A stretch of DNA of 64,000 bases from contig OZ024758.1 in assembly GCA_964016885.1 (NCBI GenBank), forward strand, positions 18,228,001-18,292,000, given 5' to 3'. The position numbers and the translations under genes are program-made. The DNA is from Eledone cirrhosa (taxonomy: Eukaryota). Numbering within the stretch: position 1 is the stretch's first letter; every line of letters starts with the position of its first letter. A model generated the notes under the pieces. The model searched no databases. It saw only the letters and a program-made list of their open reading frames with translations, and was not told where the DNA came from. Positions 43,421 through 56,487 of the stretch are shown here, in pieces.

Positions 43421-43454
43421 TGACGAAACAAATGTCAATTATATATACATATAT

Positions 43455-43730
43455 ATAATCGTGATTTCACCCTTAACGAGATCTTCTGAAACTAAAATGA
43501 TCAAGCTGTGTGACGCAGAAGTAGGTATTTCGAAAAAAGATACAAACAAAGGATAACAGGAAAACGATACTTTGGTTCGTAAAGATGTTCCATGGCAATG
43601 AACGGAACATGGGCGAAGATAATACGTCGATATGTGGATCGAGAAGAACAATTTCTTGCAATGCAACCATCCATTAATGGTATAAAAGGAGTCGTTCGAC
43701 TAATAATCTATTTAGAATAACCGAATGATT
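43455..43730 (+). mobile_element. Family J copy between (TA)n runs
   Basis: Similar to 32396-32790. Confidence 0.65.
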
Positions 43731-44077
43731 ATATATATATCTATATCTATATCTATATATATATTATATATATATTATATATCTATTATATATATATATA
43801 TATTATTTTATATATATATATATATATAATTCTTATCGAGTCCGCTTTAGATTTAAGGTATTGTTCTTAAAATAAATGATTTCAAAACCCCATAGTTTCA
43901 ATATTATGTGAGATAATTATGTGAGGTAAAGCCTTTACCATGAAAATACAATAGTAAATATAGAATAATGTAAATGCTAAAGGGCTAAATGTATAATTTT
44001 AAAACAACACAAATTAATGTTGATGTAACTTATGCACTATAATATTAGTTATTCTGTTTGTTTTGTATTACATTTAA

Positions 44078-44269
44078 GGCATAGTAGACTGGCAGTATAG
44101 GTAGAGTTTCGGATTCCATGCTTTGACGTATAGAGTTACGGCCCTTGTCATTCTGAGTTCAAATCCCCCTGAGGTTAACTTTCCCTTTCCTACTTACCGG
44201 TTCGATAAAATAAACTATCAGTAATGTACTGGGATAATTGCTGCCCTTGTGCCAAAGGTAGAAACAACT
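44078..44269 (+). mobile_element. SINE, short form
   Basis: Same family. Confidence 0.85.
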
Positions 44270-44287
44270 ATATTTAGAAATGAGGTC

Positions 44288-44495
44288 TGTGGATTGGCAG
44301 AATCAGTAGAGCATCCGACCCCATGCTTTGATGCAAATAATTACGGTCTTTTACGTTCTGAAATCATGCCGACGTTAGCTTTGCCTTTCATCCTTACAGG
44401 ATCATTAACATAATGTACCAGTAATGCTCTGGTGTCAATTTAATCGACTCCACTGAAAAACAAAAATAGTTGGCCTTTTGTTGAAAGCAGAAAGC
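44288..44495 (+). mobile_element. SINE, long form (tandem), diverged
   Basis: Same family. Confidence 0.8.
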
Positions 44496-45711
44496 TTTAA
44501 TTTTACGGGATTTAAACCACACAAAATAGATTTATACATATGCAACTCATTCATTTGCATCATTTACATTTTTCCCAAAATCTTTCTTAGTCTGTTTTTA
44601 AATATAAAAATTGTGTTTTCTTTGTTACGTCCTATTGTCAGCTTTGTGCACGAATAATATTATTAATCAGAGCTGTTCAACTATTTATACATTATGCAGG
44701 GTTTCCCCCACTACAGAAGATTTTAATATGCAAACGTTATACGTGTGGAAATTGTTCTGTTGCTTTGTAACGCTCAATAAATGCAGCTATTTTCGAGGTG
44801 TACGTTTGTGTTGCTATACCGCTAAACATTTGTTTGAAATTAGCATATGGAAATAATTGAATATTGTTACCTTAAAGCAATAAATTTGCATAATTTGAAG
44901 ATGATACTTAAATAGTGGTTATATTGATTTTTACTATAGAGACACACTAGTCATTACAGATGCGAGGGACTCAATTAATAGAGGTGATATTTCTTAGTAA
45001 CATATATCATTCTATTGAGGTAGCTACATCCAACATGGCTCAACGAACGTTTAATTCAATTAACTCCAAATTACCAAATTATTCATCACAAGATTCTATA
45101 TTTTCAGAAAAATGTGAACGTAATTATATGGAATAATACACGTATTATATCTACAGTTGGCTTTTAACACGAAGTATGATATACACATCACGTAGAGCTT
45201 AATTCTGATTTAGTTTGTCGTTCATTCAATCATGTGCTCTTGATATGAAAGTAGAATATCAACTTAATTAATTATTATTCACGTATGAGGCAACATAATA
45301 GTAACAGCCTGATTACGTAATTAGAATATTAATTTATGAATATTAAGCGGGTATCAACAAATATATTAATTTCCTTTGTTAATTGTCACTAATTTGTATT
45401 TAATCCTACCTATCTTGTACGCGCTGCAGTCTTAACGTTCAGTCTGAGCTCAAGTACGTCTTGTAATTTTTTAATAACAAAGGAATCCAGAATTATCGGA
45501 AATCCCCGAAGGTATTAAACCACCAACCCGTCCATGTCATTGCATTGTTGACCACATGCCAAGAGCAGGAATGAGTGAATGTAAAGAACTAAATGAATAG
45601 AAGCGTGGACAGAATACAAAATATATAGATAATAGCGGTGAGTATACATACACCAGAACATATATGAGAAGATATATTTCAATTCTATTATTTTACAATG
45701 CACAAAATAAT

Positions 45712-45858
45712 TGCAGCAAAGAGTTACGACCCTTTATGGTTTGAGTTCAAATCCCGTCGAGATTAACTTTGCCTTCATCCTTACGGGGTTGATAAAATAA
45801 AGTACCTGTAATACAGTGGGATAATTACTGCTCTTGTGCCAAAAGTAGAAACAATTAT
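45712..45858 (+). mobile_element. SINE, 5'-truncated
   Basis: B-box and core present. Confidence 0.85.
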
Positions 45859-46419
45859 TTTATGCATTGTACTTTCTTATACAAATGTAAAGATTCATCA
45901 TCACTTTTGATGCTCCCATTGATATGTTAGGATTACTATAATCTGGATTGTTTGCTATGATGGTTTCTTTTCAAATATAATTGTTAATATACCGATGAAA
46001 TAAAAATGGCGTAGACATACAATACAACAGGAGGAACATAATAGTACTTCTGATGGTGTTGCAGGTGTGCAAAGAATTAACTCTGTTAGACTATATATGT
46101 ATTTATATCTATATTATATCTATTTTTGACTGTTGGTCAGTCAATGATAAACATTGAGGACCAAATGAATTAACTGTGGGGATATAAAAGATATAGAAGC
46201 GAAAACCAACCAAACAGAGAGTGTATTCTGTTATTATTTCTGGCAATATTATTACAAAACAATGACCCGCCCCAAGTATAACAATATTTGTTTCGACACA
46301 CGATTTCATATCAAAAGACTCGCAAAACAAAAACAAGTTAATACAATTGTTAAATATATAAATAAACGAAAGTACAGTTTTTTTTTAATTTTTAAGAACA
46401 ATTCAAATCCGTCCATTGT

Positions 46420-46735
46420 TTACCTGTCGCCCTCCAACAGGTTCGTGGCCGTGCCCTTGGCACAGGAGACTTCTGGTGTCCTTCGCCCTAGGGCTAACTC
46501 CCTATTCATCAGCTTCATGGTCGTGCCCTTGGCAGTTGAGTCTTCTGGTATCCTTGGCCTTAGCGCTACCTCCCTATTCACCACCATAGGCGCTGAGCTG
46601 GCCAGCCGCATGTGTGAGCCTCGCGAGTTGGAATGGCGCTTTCAGCGTATCTCCCTTACCATCCTCAGTGGAGACGCTTTCTCCATCCGGTCCACCGGGG
46701 CTCTGGTGAGGCCATTTGCTCACCGTACGGATTAA
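46420..46735 (+). mobile_element. CRE-like (REL-type) non-LTR element C-terminal fragment with an internal ~72-bp duplication
   Basis: GC-rich island encoding VVPLAVESSGILG..ELASRMCEPRELEWRFQRISLTILSGDAFSI, resembling the FVPLAVExxG..LFQRLSxxIxRGNA terminus. Confidence 0.65.
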
Positions 46736-47859
46736 TAGGAAATGTTATAACCTATGGTAAATGAAATAAGTTAAGACATAAGGCTAGAACATTACATTAC
46801 ATGACGTCATTTCGAAACAAAATGACGTCAATAAACAACACGGAGAAGAGGAGGAAGAAAATGAGCATCACACCAATCATCATTCTTTCTCTCCTCTTCT
46901 GTCTTTCTCCATTTCTGCTCATATGACAACATGGCTACATAAATGACATCAGATGCCGACATTTCCGTTAATATGAAAAGATCGAAGAAAATAACAAAAT
47001 CCAAAAATACAAAATACAAACACTTCTGTTTGAACGAAAACGAATTCACATTCTCTGACATTCTCTAATAAAAATAATATTACTGACTAAAACATCACCC
47101 CTAGCAAACTGAAGCGAATATTCCAGAAAACAATAACTTTCTCGACACAATAAACTACAAAATCGATGAGTGTAACAACAAAGGGAACAATAACATCAGT
47201 AACAGAAACAACAAAAAATTTACATAGACTTACTATTTATTCATCGATGATTTGGCAGCGATATTCCACAACACGAAAGAAAGAAAACGAGGGTACTCTC
47301 AATTTTGTGAAGCGTGATCCAGAAAAGCATCAAACAAGGTAGGGGGCATATTTGAATCTAACCATCGAATATCTACACATATCTACAAAATAGGTGATGA
47401 TTTTGACCAATGATCGAGGTCAATAATTTGGCATTTGTCAGGATTCTGTTTAGAAAAGAGTGAACCTGTCTCATCAATAATAAGGGCAACATCATTGAAG
47501 ACAAAGATTGATTTCGTATATATTCCATGATTACTTGATATTTGGCCATACCAAATTACATCTTGCATTTTGACATATTAATTTGCAAATAAGAAACACT
47601 ATAGTTTCCGTAGCACTAAACACTCCATCGATGTTACTATAGATTTGAACCTATTGGCCTTGATATTTAAATAAACCTTCCTAACAATACATCGCAAATC
47701 GATCCTTTAAGACGTTCACAGGGATACTTCCTTGATAATGAGTTTTTAAACTCGAAATATTTGGGATAATTAAATTTTCTAAGGTAAGATTCTATGGTTA
47801 TCTTGGAACCTTTAATGCATTGTACGGCTTTGAAAATTATTTAACTTTATAAGAGATGT

Positions 47860-48066
47860 GAACTTGAATGGACCTGTTATTTTTATCTAAAGACATATTT
47901 TCCAATTCCAACCCACCGTCCCCTCAGTCTCCCTTATTTCTCATTATTTCTTCTGATGAAGAACTACCGTCCAAAACGTTAAGACCCTCTTCCTGCTATA
48001 TCAAGCGTTAACCTAATATATCCCTTCCATATAGTGTTCCGATTGTGTTGTTATTACTGTTTACCT

Positions 48067-48075
<9 letters not shown>
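47860..48075 (+). mobile_element. pLTR family E copy
   Basis: TCTT-CTGATGA-AGAACTACCGTCC-AAAA-CG-TT-AAGA; followed by (TACA)n. Confidence 0.65.
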
Positions 48076-48098
<23 letters not shown>

Positions 48099-48101
48099 CA
48101 T

Positions 48102-48185
<84 letters not shown>

Positions 48186-48262
48186 TATTCAAAATATTAA
48201 CAAATGAAGGATATTCACATAATCAAAAGGTATGCTTTATTATATATATTTGAAAGGTACTG

Positions 48263-48635
48263 TGTTGTTTTTTCAGTACGTCTTCATCAAATAAAATATA
48301 TAATTTGATATATGACATACCGCTACGGTCTCAATTATACAATTCCAGTATTGGCAGTGAAAAATGAAAACATTTTTGTTGAGTGTTTTTAATATATTTT
48401 AAAATTGTATTCATTGAGTAATCAACAAACCATATTAATCTTTGGTTATATATATATATATAACCAAAGATTAATATGGTTTGTTGAATACTCAATGAAT
48501 ACAATTTTACAATATATTAAACACATTCAACAAAAATGTTTTCATTTTTCACTGCCAATACTGGAATTGTATAATTGAGACCGTAGCGGTATGTTATCAA
48601 ATCATATATTTTATTTGATGAAGACGTACTGAAAA

Positions 48636-48642
<7 letters not shown>
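48263..48642. repeat. ~380-bp palindrome centred on a short (TA)n
   Basis: ~180-bp inverted arms with few differences. Confidence 0.85.
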
Positions 48643-48700
<58 letters not shown>

Positions 48701-50395
48701 TGAGGCACACTATGTTTGTTATCATTTTATTACCAAATGATTCCAAAACCACAATACATATCATGTATAAGCCGTTTTTCTAATTTTATAAGTCTAACAC
48801 GTACCTTATGGCATACATGTCCTGTTAATACACAGTTTGAATAAGAACACATGTACAAAGTACAGTGTTTTCGTTCAATTAATGTTTTTGAACTTGTTAC
48901 TTTCTTTATTTAAAATTAGAAAATTTGTCGAAGATTAGCTACGCTCGATTGTACGGGAAATTACTTGCTAAGAAATAATATATCCTTTTATTTACTTCTC
49001 ACCTCATTATCTATGTTCACTCTACTCTCTTTCTTATCTTTTTTCTTTCGCATTTTTTCATTAGTTCACATTTCTAAATTTAATTATAAATATTTTCTTT
49101 AAATAGTTATAACGAACGAAGGGCAAAGACAGTGATAAAGTGTAGAACAGATGGAAATTTATTTTAAGTTTTAATCAATCAAAGTGAGAGAGACAGAGAG
49201 AGAGACAAAGCAAAAAACAAAAGCAATTTATTGTTAATGCATGTATCTGTTAATTTCTAATTACTTTGAAAGTGAAACTGAAATTAAGAGAAAACAATTA
49301 AAATTAAGATAAAAATGAAAGAATGGAAAATATAAATAGAAAAGAAAATGTTAGACGAATGAAAAAGAATACAACAAAGGAATTGAAAAATAACGAAGAA
49401 AATTATAAATAACTAATAAAACGTGATATTTTACAAAATAATTATCAACACAAAGCAACGCTTCCTTTTACACAATGTTGCAATTTATTCCAAACACTTC
49501 ATTATTTTCGTCTCAGCAAATATTCAACTTCATTCTCTCATTGAAGATTTAAGTTGGCTCCCTGCCATCTTACATGACAGCTTTTTACCACTTCAGAAGT
49601 AAAGAAAAAAAAACATGCGGAATTCTTAAGCTTCCTGTGTATTATACTTTGTGTGATATTTCCTCTAATATTTATTCGTATTTTCCATGCATTTCTGTTT
49701 CCACACATTCCTGCACAACATTATTTATGTCTATTTGTTTAATAATCAATTGTGAAAAAAAAATATATATATATTTCATACAATATTCTATATTCCTAGC
49801 ATGTGACATTTTATTTCAGGTGCTTTGGAATTATTCTCTTGTATTTGTTTAATATTCTCTTAAACAGAATATTATATTAGTCTTATTCTTAGTTTTCATG
49901 TAATTACTGTGGGTGTATTTGTTGTTTGCTAACGTTGTTTAATCAGACAAAATATATCGCTGAGAAGTAATTAAGCATACACGGCGAATATTTCGATATT
50001 ACTAGTATTTTTCATTTAATTTGATTACACTGCATTGTATTTTCAGATAAGGAATATTTAGCCAATTCTTACTGCATTTATTCTATTTCAGTTTCATTAA
50101 CAAATGAAGAAATAATCATAGCATTTACTAAAATTACCGCAGCATAAATCTGCATGATAATAATTGTATGAATGAGAGGTTTTTATTTTTATGTTAATAA
50201 TAAATATAATTCTGCAAAAATTCTTTACGAAAGCTAGTGAAATCTTTTGATGGTCAGATTCATATTAACTTTCTTACAAAATTTACCTTCGCTACTTCAT
50301 AGTGGACTACGACGTAGAGATCAAGAAAACAAGAAATACATTAAGTGTGTATTATTCAACAGAAGAATTAATGATGAAGATGGTGATGATGATAA

Positions 50396-50536
50396 AGGTT
50401 TCTGATTGAGGATCAAAGCCACCAATTTTGAGCGAATGGCCAGTCGTTATTGGTACTTTATTTTATCGAACCCGCAAGGATGAACGGGAAAGCTGAACTC
50501 GGTGGTATTTGCACACAGAATCTCAAGGATCGTAAC
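50396..50536 (-). mobile_element. SINE, degenerate
   Basis: Core recognisable. Confidence 0.65.
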
Positions 50537-50552
50537 TTATTATTGTTATTAT

Positions 50553-50760
50553 CAGTGGATTGGCAGTATCGATAGAGGGTCGGACACCATGCTTTGACGC
50601 ATTGAGTTACGGCCCTTGGTATTCTGAGTTCAAATCCCGCCGAGGTTAACTTTGACTTTCATCCTTACGGGGTCGATAAAATAAAGTACCAGTAATGCAC
50701 TGGGTAATTGCTGGCCTTGTGCCAAAAGTAGAAACAATTATTATTATTATTATTATTATT
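50553..50760 (+). mobile_element. SINE, short form, with (ATT)n tail
   Basis: Near consensus. Confidence 0.9.
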
Positions 50761-50761
50761 T

Positions 50762-51165
50762 TCTTGTAGTCTCAGTCGTTGATGTTATTTAACAAATGTA
50801 CATCAAGCTACTACCTGTAGCCTCAGATATTTCAGGACGTATCGGAGGTTTTTTGCTATTCCCAGCAATTATACCTTTTGAAGAGTTCAAAAAAAGGGGG
50901 CTAGACTAATGTTCTTTAAACATCCTCGAAAACGCTTTGAGATTGTACCTAGTGCTTCTATGACAATAACGACGACCTTGATCTCATGAAAGGCATTAAT
51001 CCTTTAATATTCCCTCTTTAAATCGTGGTATCAGTAAATTTTCTCCTCCTTTTCTTCTTCAAAGTGCAGGCTATATCGGGCACGTTTTATTTTCGCCTGT
51101 CAAAACCCACCAGGTCAGTCCTATTGTGTTCTCATTTCTTGGCTGTCTGTATTCTGTAATCCCAT
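50762..51165 (-). mobile_element. R4/Dong 3' fragment, degenerate
   Basis: Similar to 30280-30700. Confidence 0.75.
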
Positions 51166-51169
51166 TATT

Positions 51170-51410
51170 GGGATAGTGCAGGGTGGTTCAGGATTGGTTG
51201 GGAACCTGAGTCACCCCTGAATCCACCCCCATTATAGAGGAATTTAATTTGTTATACTTATGCATAGTTTATTTTATATTTTTAAATCTCCATTGTTACA
51301 TTAGTCTTACCATTGTGCACTTTTACTCGACCTTATTGCAAAACCCCACTGTCTTTGTCACTGTATTGTTCCCTACATGTCGGGCCTTGTGGCCAATAAA
51401 CGAAATTATT
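51170..51410 (+). mobile_element. Probable L1/Tx1-type 3' UTR fragment
   Basis: Ends CCTTGTGGCCAATAAACGAAAT, like the 3' end of the element at 56488-57085. Confidence 0.45.
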
Positions 51411-51427
51411 AATATTATTATTGTTCT

Positions 51428-52378
51428 TTGATATTCGGGGGGTTCTTGCTGTTCCCAGCAAGCATGCCTTTTGAAGTGTTCCAAAAAGCGAGGCGGGACC
51501 AAATTTCTTTAACCATCCTTGGAAACCTTTTGAGATAGTACCTAGTGCGACTATGACAATCGGGACCACTTTGACTTCATGACAGTTCCAAATCCTTTTT
51601 ACCTCCCACTTTAAGTCCTAGTATCGGTTAATTTTCTCCCTCTCCTTCACTTGCACTCTCGTGTCGAATGGCCAGGCTACATCCACAATCAGGCACGATC
51701 TTTTTACCTTGTTCAAAACAACCAGGTCAGGGCTATTGTGGTCCAGTTTCTTGTCCGCCTGTATCCTAAAATCCCACAGTACTTTCACCTGATCGTTTTC
51801 TATCACCGACTCTGTCTTATGCTCATACCACATCTCAGAATGTGGTAAATTGTTTACTTTGCATATGTGCCAGTGGATCACCATGTCCATCACACCATGT
51901 CTCCAGCCTTTATAGTGAGTCTGGACCAGGTGTTTACACTCGGATACAATGTGATCCACAGTCTCCTCTCTCTCTCTCTCCACAGATCCTACACAGTGAG
52001 CTAGTCTCCGCCTTGTAAATATGGCGTTTCACCCACTTCGTTTTGAGGGCCTGCTCTTGCGCAGCCATTAGCATTCCTTCTGTAGCCTTTTTAAGGTCTC
52101 CTCTTTTCAACCAGTTCCATGTCTGTGGATCACTAAATTCAGTTTTCTCAAAGAAGGTACTATGAAGGGATTTTTCATGAAGGTTGCTCTTTCTTCTTGT
52201 TGTTATTTCCTCCTTGGACATCCCATGGTCTATTGTCCTCTCTTTCAGTACAATTCTGAGTATTGGCTCCCTACTATCAGTCACGTATTTGTGTAGGTTG
52301 TTTTTCTCCATCTGAACACAGTCCTCTATGCTGATGAGACCTCTTCCACCTTCATATCTCCTTCAGTAGAGTCTATCA
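51428..52378 (-). mobile_element. R4/Dong 3' fragment
   Basis: ORFs 51934-52311, 51618-51983 and 51333-51569 nearly identical to the 29611 copy. Confidence 0.9.
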
Positions 52379-52823
52379 TTATTATTATTATTATTAGTAG
52401 TAGTAGTATTTATCGACGAATATTACTTTCGTTAGTGTGTTGTTATTTCCATTGTAATTTGTTGGATATTTCATTTTACTTTTTCATGATCCGGGTAGCT
52501 ATCATTCCTGTTTGAATTGTGTTTGTTTTCCAAAGATGGAGGATCACACACAATTCCTTCGCTGAATCAACGTCATCAACGTCATCCCCATCACGCTCAA
52601 GGTCAACAACAACAACAAAAACAACACTAGCATCAGTAATATAAATAACACTTTCAGCAACTGGTCTCGGATAAATGTGAAGGTACTATTTCTCACCAAG
52701 CCAAATGGCATACAAAATATCTCATACAAGAATTGCACGTGTTTACCATGTTGTGGTTGCGGGGAAATGGCCTCATTGCCATCAATGTGAGCAAACTACC
52801 AAATAGTGATATTATTATTATTA

Positions 52824-52995
52824 ATGCAAAGTATAGAGTTACGTCCCTTTACATTCTGAGTATAAATTTCGTCGAGGTTAGCTTTGACTTTCATTCTTAG
52901 GGTGTCGATAATACAATGCATCAGTAATGCACTGCGGTCGATTTAATGGACTTTCCCTTCACCCAAATTGCTGGCCTTGTGCCTATACTAGAAAA
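52824..52995 (+). mobile_element. SINE, long form, 5'-truncated
   Basis: Same family. Confidence 0.8.
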
Positions 52996-52996
52996 C

Positions 52997-53188
52997 AGAG
53001 AGTGTATGACGCCATGCTTTGCAGCAAAGAGTTACGGCCCTTTATGGTCTGAGTTCAAATCCCGCCGAGGTTAAGATTGCATTTCATCCTTACGAGGTCG
53101 ATAAAATAAACTACCAGTAATACAATGGGATATTTGCTGGCCTTGTGGCAAACGTAGAAAACAATTATTATTATTATTATTATTATTT
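52997..53188 (+). mobile_element. SINE, short form (tandem) with (ATT)n tail
   Basis: Same family. Confidence 0.85.
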
Positions 53189-53199
53189 TTATTGTTCTT

Positions 53200-53941
53200 C
53201 GAGTCTCAGTCATTGATGTTAGTTAACTGGAAAGTTTGTTGAAATGAATCTCAAGCCACTACCTGCAGCCTCAGATATTCAGGACGTATCGGAGGGTTCT
53301 TGCTGTTCCCAGCAAGCATGCCATTTGAAGCGTTCCAAAAAGCGTGGCGGGGCCAATTTTCTTTAACCATCCCTGGAAACCTTTTCAGATAGTACTTACT
53401 GCGCCTATGACAATTGGGACCACTTTGACTTCATGGCAGTTCCAAATCCTATTTACATTCCACTTTAAGTTCTGGTATCGGTTAATTTTCTCCCTCTCCT
53501 TCTCTTGCACTCTCGTGTCGAATGGGCAGGCCGCATCCACAAACCTAAAATCCCACATCACCTTCACCTGATCGTTTTCTATCACCGATTCTGGCTTATG
53601 CTCATACCACTTCTCAGAATGTGGTAAATTTTTACTTTGCATAGGTGCCAGTGGATCACCCTGCCCATCACATCATGTCTCCAGCCCTTATAGTGAGTCT
53701 GCGCTAGGTGTTTACACTCGGATACAATGTGAGCCACAGTCTCCTCTCTCTCTCCACAGATCCTGCACAGTGGGCTAGTCTCCTCTTTGTAAACATGGTG
53801 TTTCAACCACTCCGTGTTGAGGGCCTGCTCTTGCGCAGCCATTAGCATTCCTTCTGTAGCCTTTTTAAGGTCTCCTCTTTTCAACCAGTTCCATATCTGT
53901 GGATCTCTGAATTCAGATTTCTCAAAGAAGGTACTATGAAG
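53200..53941 (-). mobile_element. R4/Dong 3' fragment with an internal deletion
   Basis: CRICGEREETVAHIVSEC; the NRPD segment is deleted. Confidence 0.9.
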
Positions 53942-53977
53942 ATTATTATTATTATTATTATTGTTATTGTTATTCCT

Positions 53978-54496
53978 TGAATCTCAGTCATTGATGTTGG
54001 TTAAATGGAAAGTCCCTTGGATTGAATATCAAGCCATTACCTGCAGCCTCAGATATTCAGGACGTATCGGAGGGTTCTTGCTGTTCCAAGCAAGCATGCC
54101 TTTTGAAGCGTTCCAAAAAGCGTGAAGGGGCCGATTTTCTTTAACCATCCCTGGAAACTTTTGGAGATAGTCCCCAGTGCGCCTATGACAATCGGGATCA
54201 CTTTGACTTCATGGCAGTTCCAAATCCTTTTCACCTCCCACTTTAGGTCCTGGTATCGGTTAATTTTCTCCCTCTCCTTCTCTTGCACTCTCGTGTCGAA
54301 CGGGCAGGCCACATCCACAATCAGGCACGATCTTTTTTCTTTGTCCACAACCACCAGGTCAGGTCTATTGTGTTCCAGTTTTTTGTCCGTCTGTATCCTA
54401 AAATCCCACAGCACCTTCACCTGACTGTTCTCCATCACCGCCTCTGGCCTATGCTCATACCATTTCTCAGAATGTGGTAGATTGTTTACTTTGCAC

Positions 54497-54497
<1 letters not shown>
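53978..54497 (-). mobile_element. R4/Dong 3' fragment with an open REL endonuclease frame
   Basis: HNRPDLVVVDKEKRSCLIVDVACPFD..EKEREKINRYQDL; bounded by (TTA)n. Confidence 0.9.

Positions 54498-54585
<88 letters not shown>
54497..54585. repeat. (TTA)n microsatellite
   Basis: Direct reading. Confidence 0.95.
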
Positions 54586-54586
<1 letters not shown>

Positions 54587-55113
54587 CATCACAATTCCAA
54601 AATGACTGGAAGTAATAAATATAATCGTTGTCATTATTGTAATCATTTAAAATTATTATAATTATCGCCATTACTTGCATGATCACAAGGCGAAGAATAG
54701 AGTAGTAAAAAGCATCAAGAATTATCACCACTAACAACAACAAAAACACTAAGAAATTTACCTGAAAACAATAACATTAATAATTATAATTGTCTTCTTA
54801 AGAAATATATAATTAAGATTTTTCGACCACTTTAAATAGATTTGAAAATATTTTTTCCGCATTCAATATAATCATTGAGTTTTTTTTTTCATTATTAAGT
54901 ATATAATACAACACTTTGACAAGATAGATGAAGAGAAAGACTGAGATAGAGTAAGAGAGAGGATAAGATAGAGAGAGAGTAAGAGAGAGTTTGAGGAAGA
55001 GATAGAGTGAGAGAGAGGGTAAATTAGAAATAGAGTAAGAGAGACTCTGAGAGAGAGAGATAGAGAGACGTAAGTAATCAAAGTAGTAGATAGAGGAGGT
55101 AGAGAGAGATTAT

Positions 55114-55158
<45 letters not shown>

Positions 55159-55242
55159 GGTATCCCTGAAATATGTATAATGAAATAAATATGGTTTTAT
55201 AAATATAGTTTCCAGTTATTAATATCGTATATATATATATAT

Positions 55243-55359
55243 ATCACCTTGATCACCTTGACCGACCAGCCTGTCGAGCGCCAAACGGCGCCGCTGGTCA
55301 CAGCACTTAGTGCTGTTTTAGCCATAATATAACGCCACCCCACTGGCTGGGCGGGCAGG

Positions 55360-55363
<4 letters not shown>
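55243..55363 (-). mobile_element. GC-rich structured retroelement 3'-end fragment between (TA)n runs
   Basis: Ends in (CAAGGTGAT)2 on the minus strand; several hairpins. Confidence 0.4.
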
Positions 55364-55426
<63 letters not shown>

Positions 55427-55550
55427 AAAAAGGGAGAGCTGCGTGGTTGCACATGGGTTACATATGAATACTATTAATCCTTCATCAGTGATCTTCCAAC
55501 TGTCATTGGTGTTTCATCGCTTTAAATTTGGAAGATCAGTGATGAAGGAC

Positions 55551-55586
<36 letters not shown>

Positions 55587-55592
<6 letters not shown>

Positions 55593-55785
55593 GATAAATC
55601 TACCAAGAGTTTACGGTAGTGTCCAATCCGTATGAAGAACTCAATGTATTCCGGATATCATGGAAAGACATATATATCCTAGAAACAGATATATATCCTA
55701 GAAACGATCGTTAAATAATGAACTTTTTTTGTTTAATATAAGGAACTGTTTCATTGTTTATTCATTATTTGTTTAATATTTTATA
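55587..55785. mobile_element. Family G rearranged copy
   Basis: Reverse complement of 38003-38085 joined to a copy of 37850-37946. Confidence 0.75.
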
Positions 55786-55807
55786 TATATGTATATATTT
55801 ATATATA

Positions 55808-56026
55808 TAGGAACGAGTAGGACCCCGACGGTTGAGCTCAAGCCGTTTCGAATGCTAAATCTGGACTCAATGAACATTTTCATTTAGTCCTGAATTAGCC
55901 GTCGAAACGGCTTGAGCTCAGCCGTCGGGGTCCTACTCGTTCCTATTACACACTCTACTACCCTAAGTATTGAGTACTTTGGTGCGTTATGGTCCACCTG
56001 GTTCCTTACCACATTTCCTCCGTTAT
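55808..56026. mobile_element. Fold-back family F, copy 4
   Basis: Reverse orientation relative to 28530-28738. Confidence 0.75.
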
Positions 56027-56268
56027 ATATATATATATATAGAGAATTCACAAGAATTAAAGTCCACAAGTGAATAAATGGTTTGAACATAGCTTTGATT
56101 CTTGTGATTTTATATAACTCCTCTGTAGAACAACAGATGTTATTACATCGAGCTATTTATCTTACTGGTAATAAGGTAGTAGTACATTACTGACCTTCAT
56201 TGTTTTGGGTTTAAAATATACATAACTAGAAAAAGGTTTTAGTATATACATAACCATAAATAGTATCC

Positions 56269-56340
<72 letters not shown>

Positions 56341-56487
56341 TGCTAAAGAGACCGGTAAAGAGATATGAGAGAGAAAACAATAAAAGGCGAAAGATAGATA
56401 GATCGATAGATAGAGAGATAGGTAGGTAGATAGGTAGAAATATAGACAGGTAGGTAGGTAAATAGATAGATAGACAGATATATATAT

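Noticed and set aside
47383-47568. Non-repetitive 61-aa ORF
   Set aside because: No recognisable motif and no splice evidence.
55472-55555. Inverted repeat containing CTGATGAAGGA
   Set aside because: The hairpin is real, but no GAAA-UH half follows, so it was not called as a ribozyme.
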